From: Nageia nagi
Taxonomy: Eukaryota; Plantae; Pinophyta
DNA: 64,000 nt
NCBI GenBank assembly: GCA_050084985.1
Contig: JBITNC010000001.1
Span: forward strand, 105,772,001 to 105,836,000
Reading direction: 5' to 3'
Below are positions 1 to 13,900 of the stretch, piece by piece; the stretch's first letter is position 1, and every line of letters starts with the position of its first letter. The notes under the pieces were generated by a model. The model made no database searches. It was not told the DNA's origin and was given only the letters and a program-made list of their open reading frames with translations. Position numbers and translations under genes: made by a program.

Positions 1-249
1 AAAAGAACATTTCAAGAAATTTCAAAAATAGCATAAATTAAATTATAATTGATTCATTTAAACTTATGTGGTACCATGCTTATTACCTCAACAAATGGTA
101 ATAAATATATCATGAACTTTATTAATGACTATACAAAGATGACATGCATTTACTTGTTAAACAAGTAAGTTTTAATTGTTTGAAATTTTTCATAGTTTTC
201 ATATATAGGTTGAAAATTAAATGAAATCCTATATTAGTATCCTTTTAAT

Positions 250-2690
250 TAACAATGAAGGGTAGTAAAATTAAAATACATTTGAGAGTTATCATTTCCA
301 ATATGGGAGCAAATATCACGTAATTATCCAATATAATCCATAGTAAAATGATGTATAAAAAATGATGAATAGGAAATTCATGAACATATACATATGTAAT
401 AATGCTTTAAAAATTTGAAGTAAAGCTCATGTTTTGGGGTGATTTAGTTTTGTATATTTTGTACCTTAGAAGTATATGTCCATCTAATTCTCTAAATAAT
501 AAGTTTGCTTTTGAGATATGGTATGTACACATTCCTTAGATTAAGTATATTAGGATTTTTGGTTCCACCTACGATGCTTTGCTTCCTAAGGATCAATGAT
601 GCCAAGAGTTAAAAAATACATCTTTTTAGGATACTCAAATATTTCAAAAGTATATTATCTCTATGAATAAGTGCATGGTAAGTTCATCATTTTAGGAGAT
701 ATCATATTTAGTGATACTTGTAAGGATGAAACTACTATTGAACATCTTTTGGATCATCTTAACAAATTTACAAAAGTAAACATATATGATGAGATTCCAA
801 AACTTGAGGGAGGGATACTGGAAATTAACTTTTGGAATCTACACCTCATGTTTCTAAAGGAAACACCTCATGATAAGTGGATTCATAGAATTACTTAATG
901 CATAAAGTTGAGATGATAGATCTTCATAAGTTGGATGATGTTATTGATAGGATTGTAAGGTTGACTATTGATGGATTTGAGCAACCAACACAATCCTAAT
1001 ATCAACCTAGATCATCATAAACAATTCTTAAATAGGTCATGAGAATATCTGATACAGTTCATCTTGATAAAATGGGAAAAGCAAGAACTAGGAGTTTTTA
1101 CATATATAAATATAAAGAAACACAAGAAGAATATTTTGAATATGAAGAAGTGGGTGATATATCTAATATGGAGTGTTCATATGATTATGAATTAAATTTG
1201 GAAAAAGATATAGAATCAATTTCATGTGAATAAATAACTCAAAATGTATGAAGGAATGTGATGAATAAGGAATATTATGCACTCCTAAAAATTTGAACAT
1301 GGAAGTTGATTGATCCTCCACAAAAAATCAAACCAAATGGTTGCATATGATTCTATAAAATCAATTACAAATAAAATGTCTACTTGTAAATAAAAAATTA
1401 GGCTTGTAGCAAATGGATTTTCTTAAAAAGAAGGAATTGACTATGAGAAGGCCTTTGTTTATATGATAAAATGGGCACCAATTCATGGTATGTTAGTTTT
1501 GTCAACTTAGTATGGATGGAAGATTCATCAAATAGAAATAGATTATAACTTTCTTGATTAGTGATATAAATTAAGGAGAATGTGTTCATCAGTCAACTTG
1601 AAAGTTTTTCCATAAAAGGAAGAGAACATAAAATATGTAAACTCATCAAGTAATTTAATGGACTTATTATGCTCCTCATTCATGGTATGAAAAATTGATT
1701 CAGAATATTTTGAAAATCAAGTTTAAAAACTTTATTCTTAATGATGCAACACTTTTTTTCAAAAAAGTTGATAAAATTATTGTATATAAAAAGGTAAAAG
1801 TAAAAATTTAACATCATTTAACCCTATTAGGTTCTAGGTCCTATCAAGAGTTTAAAATATAACAAATATCATGATTGGAAGTGGAATGTAAAACCTTCCA
1901 TGTGGGTATCTTCACACATCACTTATTCCCACTCCCTTATCAAGAGGTGATATTTAGTTATGTATATTGATGATATTTTCATACCATATAATAATTAAAA
2001 CTATATTTTTTTTAGGAAATTAAAAATCAAAGAGAGCTTTGAACTAATATATATGGATTATCATCCCTAGTATTTGGGAGTTGAAGTTGCTCAAATACTA
2101 AAATACATCTTCAGTTCTCAACACAAGTGCATTGGACAACTATTGAGTAGATTTGGGATGATGGATTGTAAATCACTTTGTATTCTAATGGAACAAAATT
2201 TGAAGTGGAAATCCATATAAGGATATCAATTTGAGGAATCTACAAGGTACACATAACTTGTTAGAAGTCTTATTTACCATTTGCAGTTGGATTTATTTCT
2301 CAATATTTACAAAAATCATGTGAAGGATATTGGGTAGAAACAAAGTGAATTATTTGATATTTTAAGGGAACATAAAATATTGGACTCAAGTATTCCAAAA
2401 TAAAATACTTCAATTTGGTTGGTTATTTAGAATTATATTAAGATGGAAATAAGGAGCATTAGGTATCTACATCAATATTTATCTTGAGTCTTGGATCAAC
2501 AATCATCTCATAGATATTATGAAAGAAATATATTCCATAAGAGTCCACAATAGAAGAAAATTACATGGAAGCTTTAAAAAAATCAAATAAATAATTTGAT
2601 TCAAGAATAATTATAGTAAAAATACATAAATGCTACTCCTCTTGATGGTTTATGACACTTCTATAATAAAATTCACCAAAACTCCTAAGG
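250..2690 (+). mobile_element. Degenerate Ty1/copia pol remnant (integrase C-term, SH3-like region, RT, RNase H)
   Basis: Interrupted translations: 'LRIFGST..LLPKDQ...KKYIFLGYS' (~545-640); 'TWKLIDPPQKIKPNG..FYKI...RLVANGFS.KEGIDYE' (~1295-1450); 'SQHKCIGQLLSRFGMMDCKSL..LMEQNLK' (~2115-2205); RNase H start 'FNLVGYL...STS.FILSLGS..IS...ESTIEENYM' (~2410-2570). Order INT-RT-RH; many stops and frameshifts. Confidence 0.85.
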
Positions 2691-3563
2691 ATTAGAAACA
2701 ACCCTTGGGATTAAGACAAGATTGTAACACATGGATTAATTTTAAATTTATTTTTGTTGTACTCATATGGAATGTAAACATATGATAGATTAGAAGTAAT
2801 AGTGAAGCTCAATATCCCCTCTACTCAATGTCATATGTTTGTACCATATATTTGTGTTTGGGGTGTATGATTTTTCATAGCTTGATGTTAATATATTTGT
2901 GGTTTATTATAGTCCTCATATTAACATTAGGTTTGATGGAACAAACCATGGGTGTAATTGAATATGTAATATATTTTCATCTATATAATATATTCTCTAG
3001 TAATTTAAGTATCCTTGATCTTTGTTTTGAGTTTTGTGTTCTAGGGACTTGTTGTATTTCTCTTTGCATAAGTGCATTAGGAATTTATGTGATTCATGAA
3101 ACTTTTATGGAAAACCATGGGTTACAAATGAATTGTTGGCAAAAAGAATCACCAACCCAACTATGGTGAAATCATAAAGGTTTAAATGTATTTGGTAAAA
3201 TAAAGTTTGAATGGAATCATTAGTCCTTCCATGTTTAGAAAAACTATTATGTTTCTCTAGGTCACCAATATCCATTGGTAAGTTAACAACATAGGAAAAA
3301 ATCATCAATCAAAGTATGGTCAAGTGCATCGCTAGACCAAGGTGAACCATAAGCTAGAAAAGAATCACCAAATTTCTATGACAAAAGGAAATCACCAATT
3401 ATACCTCTATATGAATCGCCAACTCCCATTATTTTGAATTACCAAATTTGGAGAGTATATGAAGATGTGAAGGTACACTACATTGCATGGTTTGTCTCTT
3501 CATAAAAGAGTCATTGTTGGGATAAATCTTATGCACTTCCAAAGTTTAACACACATATACAAA

Positions 3564-3576
3564 CATACATACATAC

Positions 3577-3620
<44 letters not shown>
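3564..3620. repeat. (CATA)n/(TA)n microsatellite
   Basis: Seen directly. Confidence 0.95.
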
Positions 3621-3625
<5 letters not shown>

Positions 3626-3693
3626 GGATATGTTATATTTTAATACCTTTAAATAAAACATATAAATACATTACATATTATATAAATTATTTT

Positions 3694-4903
3694 TGTGAAC
3701 ACTTTTGACAAATACAACCAAAGAAAAATAACTAGGTTTTCCAAACCCTTAGCTAAGTCTTCTATTTCCAATGTAGAACCTCTAGTGCTTCCAATCTCAC
3801 CACAAGCCTATCATTGAACTCCTAGAGCATCCAATACCCCCATAAGCTTGATGTTAGCCTTCCTATGTTACCAATCATACCACACATACAATGAATGTAC
3901 AAAATAGTGAATTTACAATTGCACAACACATACAATGATCATAGCATGGAAAACTAACATAAACAAATGTTTGAAACCCCAATGCATGTACATATATGCC
4001 AATCACATAACAAGAATGAGATCCTAATGTCCTCTGATGTATATTAATAATGTATAATAGAAATACAATACAATCAAGCCCATACAGTTGTTGTTGGTCT
4101 CATAGGAGCCAATATAGAGCATATCACCACCAAACCTCATTGAAAACTAATTAGATAACTTTGATACTAATCTATAGAACTATGGTACAAGAATGCTTCC
4201 TTAGATATGAGTACCCTCCATCGAACAAGTTCTTCTCAAAGCTAGATAGCTAATTGAATGATAAAAATAAACCCTTACATGCCACTAGATGGGCTAGATT
4301 CTCCACCTCACCATACATGAATGGGATCCCTTAGCCCAATCAACCTCTAGATTCTCTATTTAGGATAAACACTTAGCATCACTAAGTTTGCATAAGTCCT
4401 ATGGATAGAAGAGAAGTAATAATAATAATATAATGTACAATATGAAGCTCTAAACAAGTATTTATATCCATCCATCATAAAAGCTATCTCAAAATCATCA
4501 TAGCCATTCTAATCCAATGTGGGGCATTTAGGGGGCCTAGTAATGCCAACATGGAATCCCAAACACTCTAGTGTGCTAACGTGGGGTTCGTAGAATCCTA
4601 GTAATACAACATTAGGGTGTGGGACCCTCCCAACTATGATGCAAGCATGCTAATGGTCGTACACCCTTATGAGACATAAATAATTCTTAATATTCCCATA
4701 ATTCAAAATCTCCAATGCATATGAACCAATTCTAATCACCTAGGAGAGAGAAATGCCACTAGGGGCTCACAATAGGATCCACATGACCAATATGTCTCTT
4801 ATCCTAAGTTACATGCATCTAGCACATTGCTAACTAAATAAATATCTTTAAGATATCATTTACAATAAATACAATTATTCTCTATAATACAAAAGGGATA
4901 TCA
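3694..4903 (-). repeat. 3' LTR of the 3.7-8.9 kb element
   Basis: Colinear with 7682-8892 at ~4000-bp offset (e.g. actagg.tttccaaacccttagc, gccactagatgg, atcctaagttacatgcatcta); outer end eroded. Confidence 0.85.
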
Positions 4904-7681
4904 AAAAATCCTCCCTCCTAAGATTACTTATCCCCAAGCAATAATGGAAGACTATAGCATGTTGTCTTCCAAGAATCCTTTAATGATGATATCCCATCCT
5001 CATGAAATCAAGGCTCATTATTTAATAAGTAGGAAGCATCAAAACTATGGCAATGATGATGGTGTACCTATAACCTTTGAAATAGAAGTGAGAAGAAACC
5101 AATGGATCTCATGCTCCTTACATGTACCCAATCTCGACTCCATACCAACTTAACTCACCTAGCTAAGATCAACACATATTGAAGCTTCCTCACTCCCAAT
5201 GTCACAAGCCAAACTATCCCCTGGATTAGCAGTAACTAAAATCCTCCTCCCACATGCAAGTAGAAATGTGTGAGCCTTCCCAAGCTCCAACCCTCACTCC
5301 AATCATCCATCCAGCTCAACATGGGATGCAACTCATCCAAATAGCTCCTCACAATCAACTAGGCCTCTTTGCACTATAACTTGGTATGACTAGCCTCCCT
5401 TTAGCTCAACATTGGTAGCAAAACTCCTAGAATGGTTGTTTTGGGATCTCTTTCATCCTATTAGGTCAACATAGGATATTCAACTCCATACAATGTCAAC
5501 ATGGATCCTCCTATCACTAACATGCCTTACATAGGACCTCTAGGCTCTTGAATGCTCCATGTGGTAGATCCCTCCACCTAGATGCTCCCTGCAACATAGT
5601 TGGCTTCCTAAATGCCCCACATGGGTGTGTAAGGTACCAAAGTGCTCATTGTAAGATGACTACTCTTGAAACTACTCAAGGTGGATGGACTCATAAAGCT
5701 CATCCTCAAAAGTGTACACAATAGTCCTCAAACCACCATGAAGGTATACAACAATAATACATCCATTAGTAGTAGCCAAAGCATCATCAATCTTAGTCTA
5801 CAATTCCTAAAAGATAACCCTTTTCTTCAACATCAAAGTTTTCATCATGTTTCCCTCAATAAATGGTATGAATACAACCCCAAAATCTATAGTATGTGCA
5901 ATCCATGAAGTCTCCAATGATGTGTTAACAATAGCCCCTACTTCAACCTCTGAAATAGTAATAACAAACCCTATGTATTACTCATCAGTCTCAATCTTCC
6001 TGAGAATGGTAGTCCAAAATACATCCATCATGATGTTAAATGCGACCTCCAAACAAGAGGTAGATATGGCATCACATTCATCCCAATCAAACATAGTCAT
6101 CATGTTATCAATGCATGTAACAGTACACCCTTTAATAGTAACTAATTTATTATTAACTTCTATCCCCATTTTTCTTAAAATTATTATACAAATAGCCAAG
6201 AACTCTACCTAATATGCTGACAACCATGGTGACATCTCAACCCTAATTATCTTCCATCTTCCCCTATCAAATGTTGTCCTTCACATGTACCATCCCAACT
6301 CAAGGAAAGATGTAATCATGTTTGAATATGTCTATTCCAAATTAGTCCATACCAAACACAAAGGTAAAGAGTGTATCCTCCTAGTAATGCATGAGTTACC
6401 CTTATACATTGTTGGCTTTTGGGACAATAAAGTAGCTTTAGAAATGACATGATTCCTTACCTAAATAGTGATGGATATTTAGGAACATAATAAATATAGG
6501 AATGAAAAAATGTACCTCTCTTCTTCTTGATACCTTGGCTATGAGTGAATGTGTCATAAGAAATCATGTTTCCCCTCTCATGCTCTAATATTTCAACTGA
6601 GGCTATGGACTCCTCATTTGTGGATACAATGATTTATGATTTTCCAAGATTTGATATATTATTTCCTTGTTTTCAATCTTGGTCTTCTTCTATGCTAGGG
6701 TCATGTTTTACACCCATATCATTACTTTCTCCTAAAATCAAATCTGAAACAAGAATGGCTCTTTCCCCTTTCTTCCCAATGTTATCACTTCCAAAAATAT
6801 TAAGCAAAACCTCTAAATTATTGCTATGAAATTAAAATTGATATCATACCTTTTTGGAGTGTCAATATGGCTAACCCAAGGCTTGTATCTTATCACTTCT
6901 TCTTCTAGCACAATGTTGGGTTTCCAAGCTCCATGGTGCTCAACATGGGTGTTAAATTGCCTATTGGGTCAATATTGGGTTCAAGTTTATTCCATGTCTA
7001 TCATGGGATACTAAACCTCCTCTATACCCAACATGTGATGCCAATATTTTTTTTTCCTATTCTCATCTCAAGCATGGCATGGTGCCTCCTGATCCTTGCT
7101 AGCATGTTATTGAGGTGAGTGGTTCCTCTTTAGCTTATAAATCCCTCCCCAATGCTCAACCATATGCAAATCCATTGAATTGATCACTCTAGTCATATCA
7201 TTAATGGCTAATATGAGCTCATAAAACTTTTTATCAAAAGTGAATTCTCTAACTAAAGTAGAGCTCTTCCTTGTGGAAGTCTTCTACCTATATCTATGCA
7301 TCTCTCCTTCACCACTATAAACCCTAGCTTTTGGCTACATGTTGATCCATAGCCACCTCTCATCCTCTTGAATGATTACCTACCCAAATTTGCTTCTCCT
7401 ACAAGTGGATGCCATAGTTTTCAAACCCTCATATTAAATTTTTCTAATTATCTAGGATGATAGATCAAGTCCTTCTATACTTAGAAATAACCTTCAGATC
7501 TATAGATATGTCCTCCAAACCCTAGATGACCTAGTCTAGGAATTCAAACTTTACTAAAAAATTATCATTTTAACCCTAAAATTGACCTTTTAAATGTAGG
7601 ACCTCCTAATCTTCTAGTTCAATTTGCTACTAGCTAGGTCTTAACCCCACATGCTAACTAGATCTAGGCTTTGATACCATT

Positions 7682-8892
7682 TGTAATATCCCAAATGAAT
7701 ACTTATGCCAAATATAGAAAATGAAATACAACTAGGGTTTCCAAACCCTTAGCCAAGCCTCCTATGCTTCCAACATAGAACCTCTAAGGCTTCCAATCTC
7801 ACCACAAACTTGTTGTTGAATTCCTAGAGCACCTAATACCCTCACAAGCTTAATGTCATCCCTTTTATGTTACCAATCACACCATACATCCAACAAATTC
7901 ACAAAATAGTGAATTTATAAATGTGCAATGCATACAATGATCATAGCATTGAAAACAAACATAAATAAAAATTTGAAAGTACAACACATACACATATATG
8001 CCAATCACATAACAAGAATGAGATCCCAATGCCCTTTGATGTATATTCATAATGTATAATGGAAATACAATATAATTAATCTTGTAGGGCTATAGTTGGC
8101 CTCATAGGAGCCAATCTAGGGCTTGTCACCATCAAACCTCATTGAACACCAATCAGATAACTCTAATACTACTCTATAAAATCATGGGATAAGAATGCTT
8201 CATCAAATCTGAGTACCTTCCATTGAAGGAGTTTTCCTCAAAGCTAGATAGCCTACTGAATGATAGAAATGCACCCTCATATGCCACTAGATGGTTAGAT
8301 GCTCCACCTAATCATAGATGAATGGGATCCCTCAACCTAATCACCCTTTAGATGCTCCATCTAGGATAAACACTTAGTACCACTAACTCTGGATAAGTCT
8401 TATGGATAGAAGAGAAGTAATAATAATAATAATAATTTGATGTGTAGTACGAAGCTCCAAATAATTATATATATCCATCCATCATAAAAGCTACCTTAAA
8501 ATCATAATATCCATTCTAATCCAACATTTGGCATTTAGGGGGCTCAATAACTTAACGCACCAACCTAAAAACCTAGTAATGTGAATGTGGGATTTCAAAC
8601 ACTTTGGAGTGCTAGAGTGGGGTTCCTTGAAGCCTAGTAATACAACATTGGAGTGTGGGTTCCCCCCAACTATGATGTAAGCATGCTAATATTCATCAAC
8701 CCTTATGAGATATAAATACTTATTGGGATTCCCATAATCTGATATCTCCAATGCATAGGACCCTATTCTAATCACTAGTATGTCTCTTATCCTAAGTTAC
8801 ATGCATCTAACACACTGCTAACTAAATAGATATATCTATGATATCATTTATAATAAATGCAATTATTCTTTATAATACAAAAGGGATATCAC
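7682..8892 (-). repeat. 5' LTR of the 3.7-8.9 kb element
   Basis: TG...CA ends with short terminal inverted repeat tgtaatatccc/gggatatcaca; adjacent Met PBS. Confidence 0.88.
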
Positions 8893-10994
8893 AAATGATA
8901 ATAATTCTAATACTCATATAGAGATATTTGGATGAGCTAGTGGTGTTTTTCTTAGCAAGAGGAGCGATGATAATTAGACTTTTACATGTACATTTTGGAG
9001 TAAATTGCAAATTATATTTCTATATTCATCAATTTTAGTACAATGAATATAGATGCAACTTTAGAATCTTGAAATGGTGCATAGATGAATGTGTTACCAT
9101 GGATTTACTAGGGTATGAGTTCACTTGAGTTCATACGTAAGGGATCATAAATAGGTTGGAGTTATTGGTTTATTTTGTAGAAGCATGAGGTCAACTAAAC
9201 TAGATCTAATTTTGTCACTAAAATTTTAGGAAATAACTTTCTACATAGTTTTAAAATTGATTTTATAAAGTATGGGCTTAGGATTGCATTCAAAAACTTT
9301 CGAAGTTCCCTATAATCAATTAATCATAAAAGTACTATTTTTAATGCTTAAATTCATTTTATCAAAATACTATTACCTTTATCTACTATTTTCATTACAT
9401 AAATATTTATACTAATTTTATATTTTGAAAGGATATTATTTTAGTTAAGTAAATTTATATTATTTTAAGGTTTTTGGTAGATCCCAAAAGAGTTTTGGAG
9501 AAGGTTATCCTCTAACCAAATTCACACATATATCATGGTATTGTATCAAAAATATGTTAGATGTATATACATTTTGCTATCACCATCATTATCTAATTCC
9601 TCTGCTCCACCTAGATATATCTTGGGCATATATATAAAAATCATTATGGATGTATATCATAATTCTACCACCCACCTACTGCCTTACTCTATCACTCTGC
9701 TATGATTTATTATGGGTTTTATAATAAATAAAAAATATTTTTAGGTATATACATTCATGATATAAAGGGGGAGATAATAGTTTTTACATGAGACTCTTGT
9801 GAAAGGCTTTTCTTGTAAAGCTCTTACAAGAAATGGAGTTGTAATACTTTTTTATGAAGTTAATGCATGAGAGGAATATGGTAGGAATGTGAAGGGGAGA
9901 GAAATTAAATGGAATAATATTTTAAGATACTAATATAAAAAATATAATATAATACAATTAATATATAATAGATACTCTTCCATTAGTTACCCATGGTACA
10001 AAACTTTATTAGCCCTTATTCATGGCTTAAATGGTTAGATCTTTATTCAAGTGAGCTAACTCTATTTCACAAACCTAAGTATCTTCTTCTAGACCTTTAA
10101 ATTTTTAACAAATTAAATACTCCTTATATTCTATATATTTTATTTTTTCTATTCACTCTACAACACTTGATCACTTTCTTCTCATTATTTCTTTGGTATC
10201 TAATTTATCTAGTGTTTCACCTTACTAAATAATTGGTCCTTATCTCTTATATTATTCACCTCAAGATGGGAATAAAATTATGTATTTGATATTAAAGATA
10301 GGTGAAATATAAAATCATATTAGTAAATTTATCTCATGCACATTATATGAAAATGTACATTAGAGGGAGAATGGATCCTTTGAAAAAGAAGTGAATGGAG
10401 TTGTATCTTTGAAGCTTTAAATGATTCATCAAATATTCTAATAGAAACAAAATATGTCAAATTATCCATTCAAAAAGGATATGTCTATCTTATATTTCAC
10501 TAAATGAATGACCTCTAAACCCAACCCTTGCATGGAGGATCAAAGCATTGATAAAAAGATTGAGTCATTCATGGTGGGGAGAATGTATCTAGAAAAATCC
10601 TTACATATTATTCTCATATTATGGAAGGACTTCAAGTGGATTTATTAAGAATGCTCTATATGGATATCAATGTCTAATTGGACTCCACTTCTAGGTGTTT
10701 ATTATTAATGGTCCTTAGAGCTCCTATGAATATAGTTAAAGTATTAGAAAAGATACATAGGGATAAATTATTCCCTTGTTAATGTTATTTTTAATAGTAA
10801 TATTTTTATTTATTTATAACTATTATCAATCATTATTAGTATCTAGTATTTTTATGTGGAATATGTGTATTTTGTTTAAGTTTGTGGGCATGTGATGCTT
10901 ATCTTATTTGAGCAACAACCATAGTTATATTTTTTGATGTGTTATTTATAGTTTTGATCATGATGAAAAATATCCAATACAACATCACTTGTTC

Positions 10995-13900
10995 TATTTT
11001 GTAACAAGAGTTTGGAGTCTTTAAAAATCCTTCCATAAATAATAATTAAAAAATAAACCTAAGAATCATTTAAAGAATGGTCATTTGAATCTAAGCTTTA
11101 CAAGGTTATCATATGCAACCAATGCCCATGTTGGAAGGACTAGATGTGGTATATGTAAATATATCTTTATAACTATAAGGAAGGAATGGGATATTATTGG
11201 CTTCTACCTCACTTCCTAATGTTTGATAAGCTTAATTCCCAATAGAATCATTTCTCACTTTGACATATTTGAGCTCATCACTTACATATAGCTAAGTTTT
11301 TTTATTATATTCATGGAGGTTTTAAGGTCCTCTAACCATTACAAAATATATTTATAAACAGTCAATTTGAGTCCTCCTTACAAAATTCCATGGTGGGTTA
11401 ACTAATACCAATCTATAACCTAGTACCAATCCAAACTAGAACAAATAATGAGAAAAATCAAACCTACACAAAAAAGTTGTAATTGATTCATAAGCGAGTC
11501 CTTTTATGCCTCCTAAATCACATCCTCCACCAAGAATGATAGAGATGACTACATAAAAATACCATCTTTGGTTGAAAGTAGACTTGCTAAGGAGCTAATC
11601 AGAGAGTAATAAGAACTTACCTTCATCTTGAAGTCTAACTTAATCTCCTCATGGAAGAGTTGGCTCTTGGTTGAGGGGAGAATTACCATAATAGAGCCTT
11701 TAAATAACTCCCCCTTAAAGGAACTAGCAATTTCCACCTCCTTCTTTGGTTGGTTACCAATCTTGGGAATAGACCAAACATCCTTGATGACCAAATCCAA
11801 AATGATTCCAATAACTCTATGTTTCTTACATTTTCTACCTTGGAGATGTATCCCTAATAAATGCATCTACTATTTGTGATATACTCCATGGAGCTCTAGT
11901 AAAAGTGGAGATTCCCTTTCATGAACCCAATAATACCTTCTTGTAGAGACCTTTGATCAACTTCAAAAAATTAGACTATAATAAATTTAAATTTGTTGAA
12001 CTTGCTTATAAAAAAGGCAAGGATTTGACTCCCTTAAAGATAACCAAATAATATATTATAGAAAATCCTCCTTCCATATCCTTAAACTCTCCAAATTCAC
12101 ATCCAAATTGGTCATTAGGTTCATAGCTTTATTTCCTTCTTTGTACTTATGGATACACTTTATGGCTCCTAATTGTTCCTTTCAAATCTTAGCTTCCAAG
12201 ATCATCTCTGTAATCATCCAACTGACTGTACACTCTTCCTTGGCTACTTTAATGATATTCTAAGAATCTCCTTCAAATATTAACTACTGAGGCCCCTCAT
12301 TCCATGTAATTTTGATAACTATTCTATATGCTCTCGATTCAATAAATTAAATAGATTGGGAACCTAGAAGTTCTACAAAAGATAAGAAAATCTCCCCATT
12401 GGCCTTTCAAAAGACACCACGTACCATTGTTAGGCTCAAACTCCCTTTAGAGGCTCCATCAAAGTTAACCTTTATCCAACCAAGTTGTGAAGGGTGCCAA
12501 CAAATTGGTCCCTGAGGTTAGAAGTAGCTTGAATTATTTTTATTGGAATATTCCATTATTTAAAGATGTATCTTTCTTTGGCTCCTAGTAGTTTAGGTTT
12601 ATTGTAAAAGGTTTTCCAATTTTCAATCAGTAGTCTCAAAATTCTAAAGCTTAGATAGTGAGCCTCTAACTTCACTCCTGAGAAAATTCTTGCATTTCTC
12701 TCATTCCAAATTCCCCAAAGGAAGTGAAGAAGATAAATTTTCCATAATAATTTTAGTGTTTTTTTACCTAAAAGGAGGAATCTAGTACACACAAAAGTCT
12801 TCTATAGAGTTAGAAGAGACGCAGCTCAATTCAAACTTCTTAGTTAAATCAATAAACACTGCATAAGAAAAGTCACATGTTAGAAAAAGGTGGTCCACTG
12901 ATTCATAAGATCTTTCATAGATAAGGCATCTATAAACTAATTGGAAATGTCTTTTCTAGAGGTTATCAATTGTAAGAATTTTATTCATTGATAGTAACAA
13001 AAAAAGGTTATTTTTAGGGTTAAGTTTTTGATCCATATATTGGAGAATGAAGTCCATCCTAGGAATCCCCCATGCTCCAAAAGATAGGCTATCTAAACTA
13101 AATAATTTCCATTCCCTGATTTGATCTAAATCATTTTTTCCCTCCCTGTAATTGGGTTAATAAGCATGACTTTAAGGGCTTTATTGAGAAGAAACAAAAA
13201 TCTATCTTCCTCCAAAGTAGGGTTTTGGATTGAAATTTTTTGCCACTCAAGCATTCCACTATTATGAATGATAAAATTGCTAACTAATGACCCACTCTTT
13301 GATACTATTTTCTATTAGACTGGTTGAAGCATAGGTTCTAATCCAAAGGGGCATCTTCTACCCAATACTCCTTCCAAAAATCCACCTTATATCCATCCCC
13401 TATCCACCATCAAATTCCTTTATAAATTAATTCTCTACATTTCACCAAGCTATTCTAGAAATGAGATCCAATTGGAAGCCTAGTTGCTATGAGAAAATCC
13501 TTATGAAGGCTTAGATATTTAGCTTTGATCAATTTAACCCATCCTAAATCATCAATATTTAACATTTTTCAACCCATATTAACAATCATAGCTATGTTCA
13601 TTTATTTGATTATTTTTAACCCTATCCCTCCTTGATCTCTAGGGAAGCACACTTGATCCCATTTAACCAATGATAAACATTTTTTTCTTTTCAACATTGA
13701 CCATAAGAAGTTTCTTTGGATCCATTCTAGAAGTGAACGACCCTTGAATGGTACCTAGAAGATCGATATGAAGTTGATGGGGATACTCTAAAGAGTGGCT
13801 TGGACTAATTGAGCCTTGTTAGCTTGGTTGAGAAGACACTCTTTCCATCTTGCAAGATTTTTGAATAGATGATCTATCACCAGATGCTAGAGGGAAGATA

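Larger units (their letters stand above)
3694..8892 (-). mobile_element. Old LTR retrotransposon with two ~1.2-kb LTRs and a 2.8-kb decayed internal region (non-autonomous, probably gypsy)
   Basis: Direct repeats ~3694-4903 and 7682-8892 (tgtaatatccc...gggatatcaca); PBS complementary to tRNA-iMet (minus strand tggtatcaaagcc, ~7667-7679) abuts the right LTR; PPT (minus strand taggagggaggatt, ~4907-4920) abuts the left LTR; no intact ORF. Confidence 0.88.

Noticed and set aside
9460-10770. Possible + strand LINE RT scraps (GDPL-like at ~9500; 'LRAPMNIVKVLEKIHRD' at ~10715)
   Set aside because: Too short and decayed to delimit with confidence.
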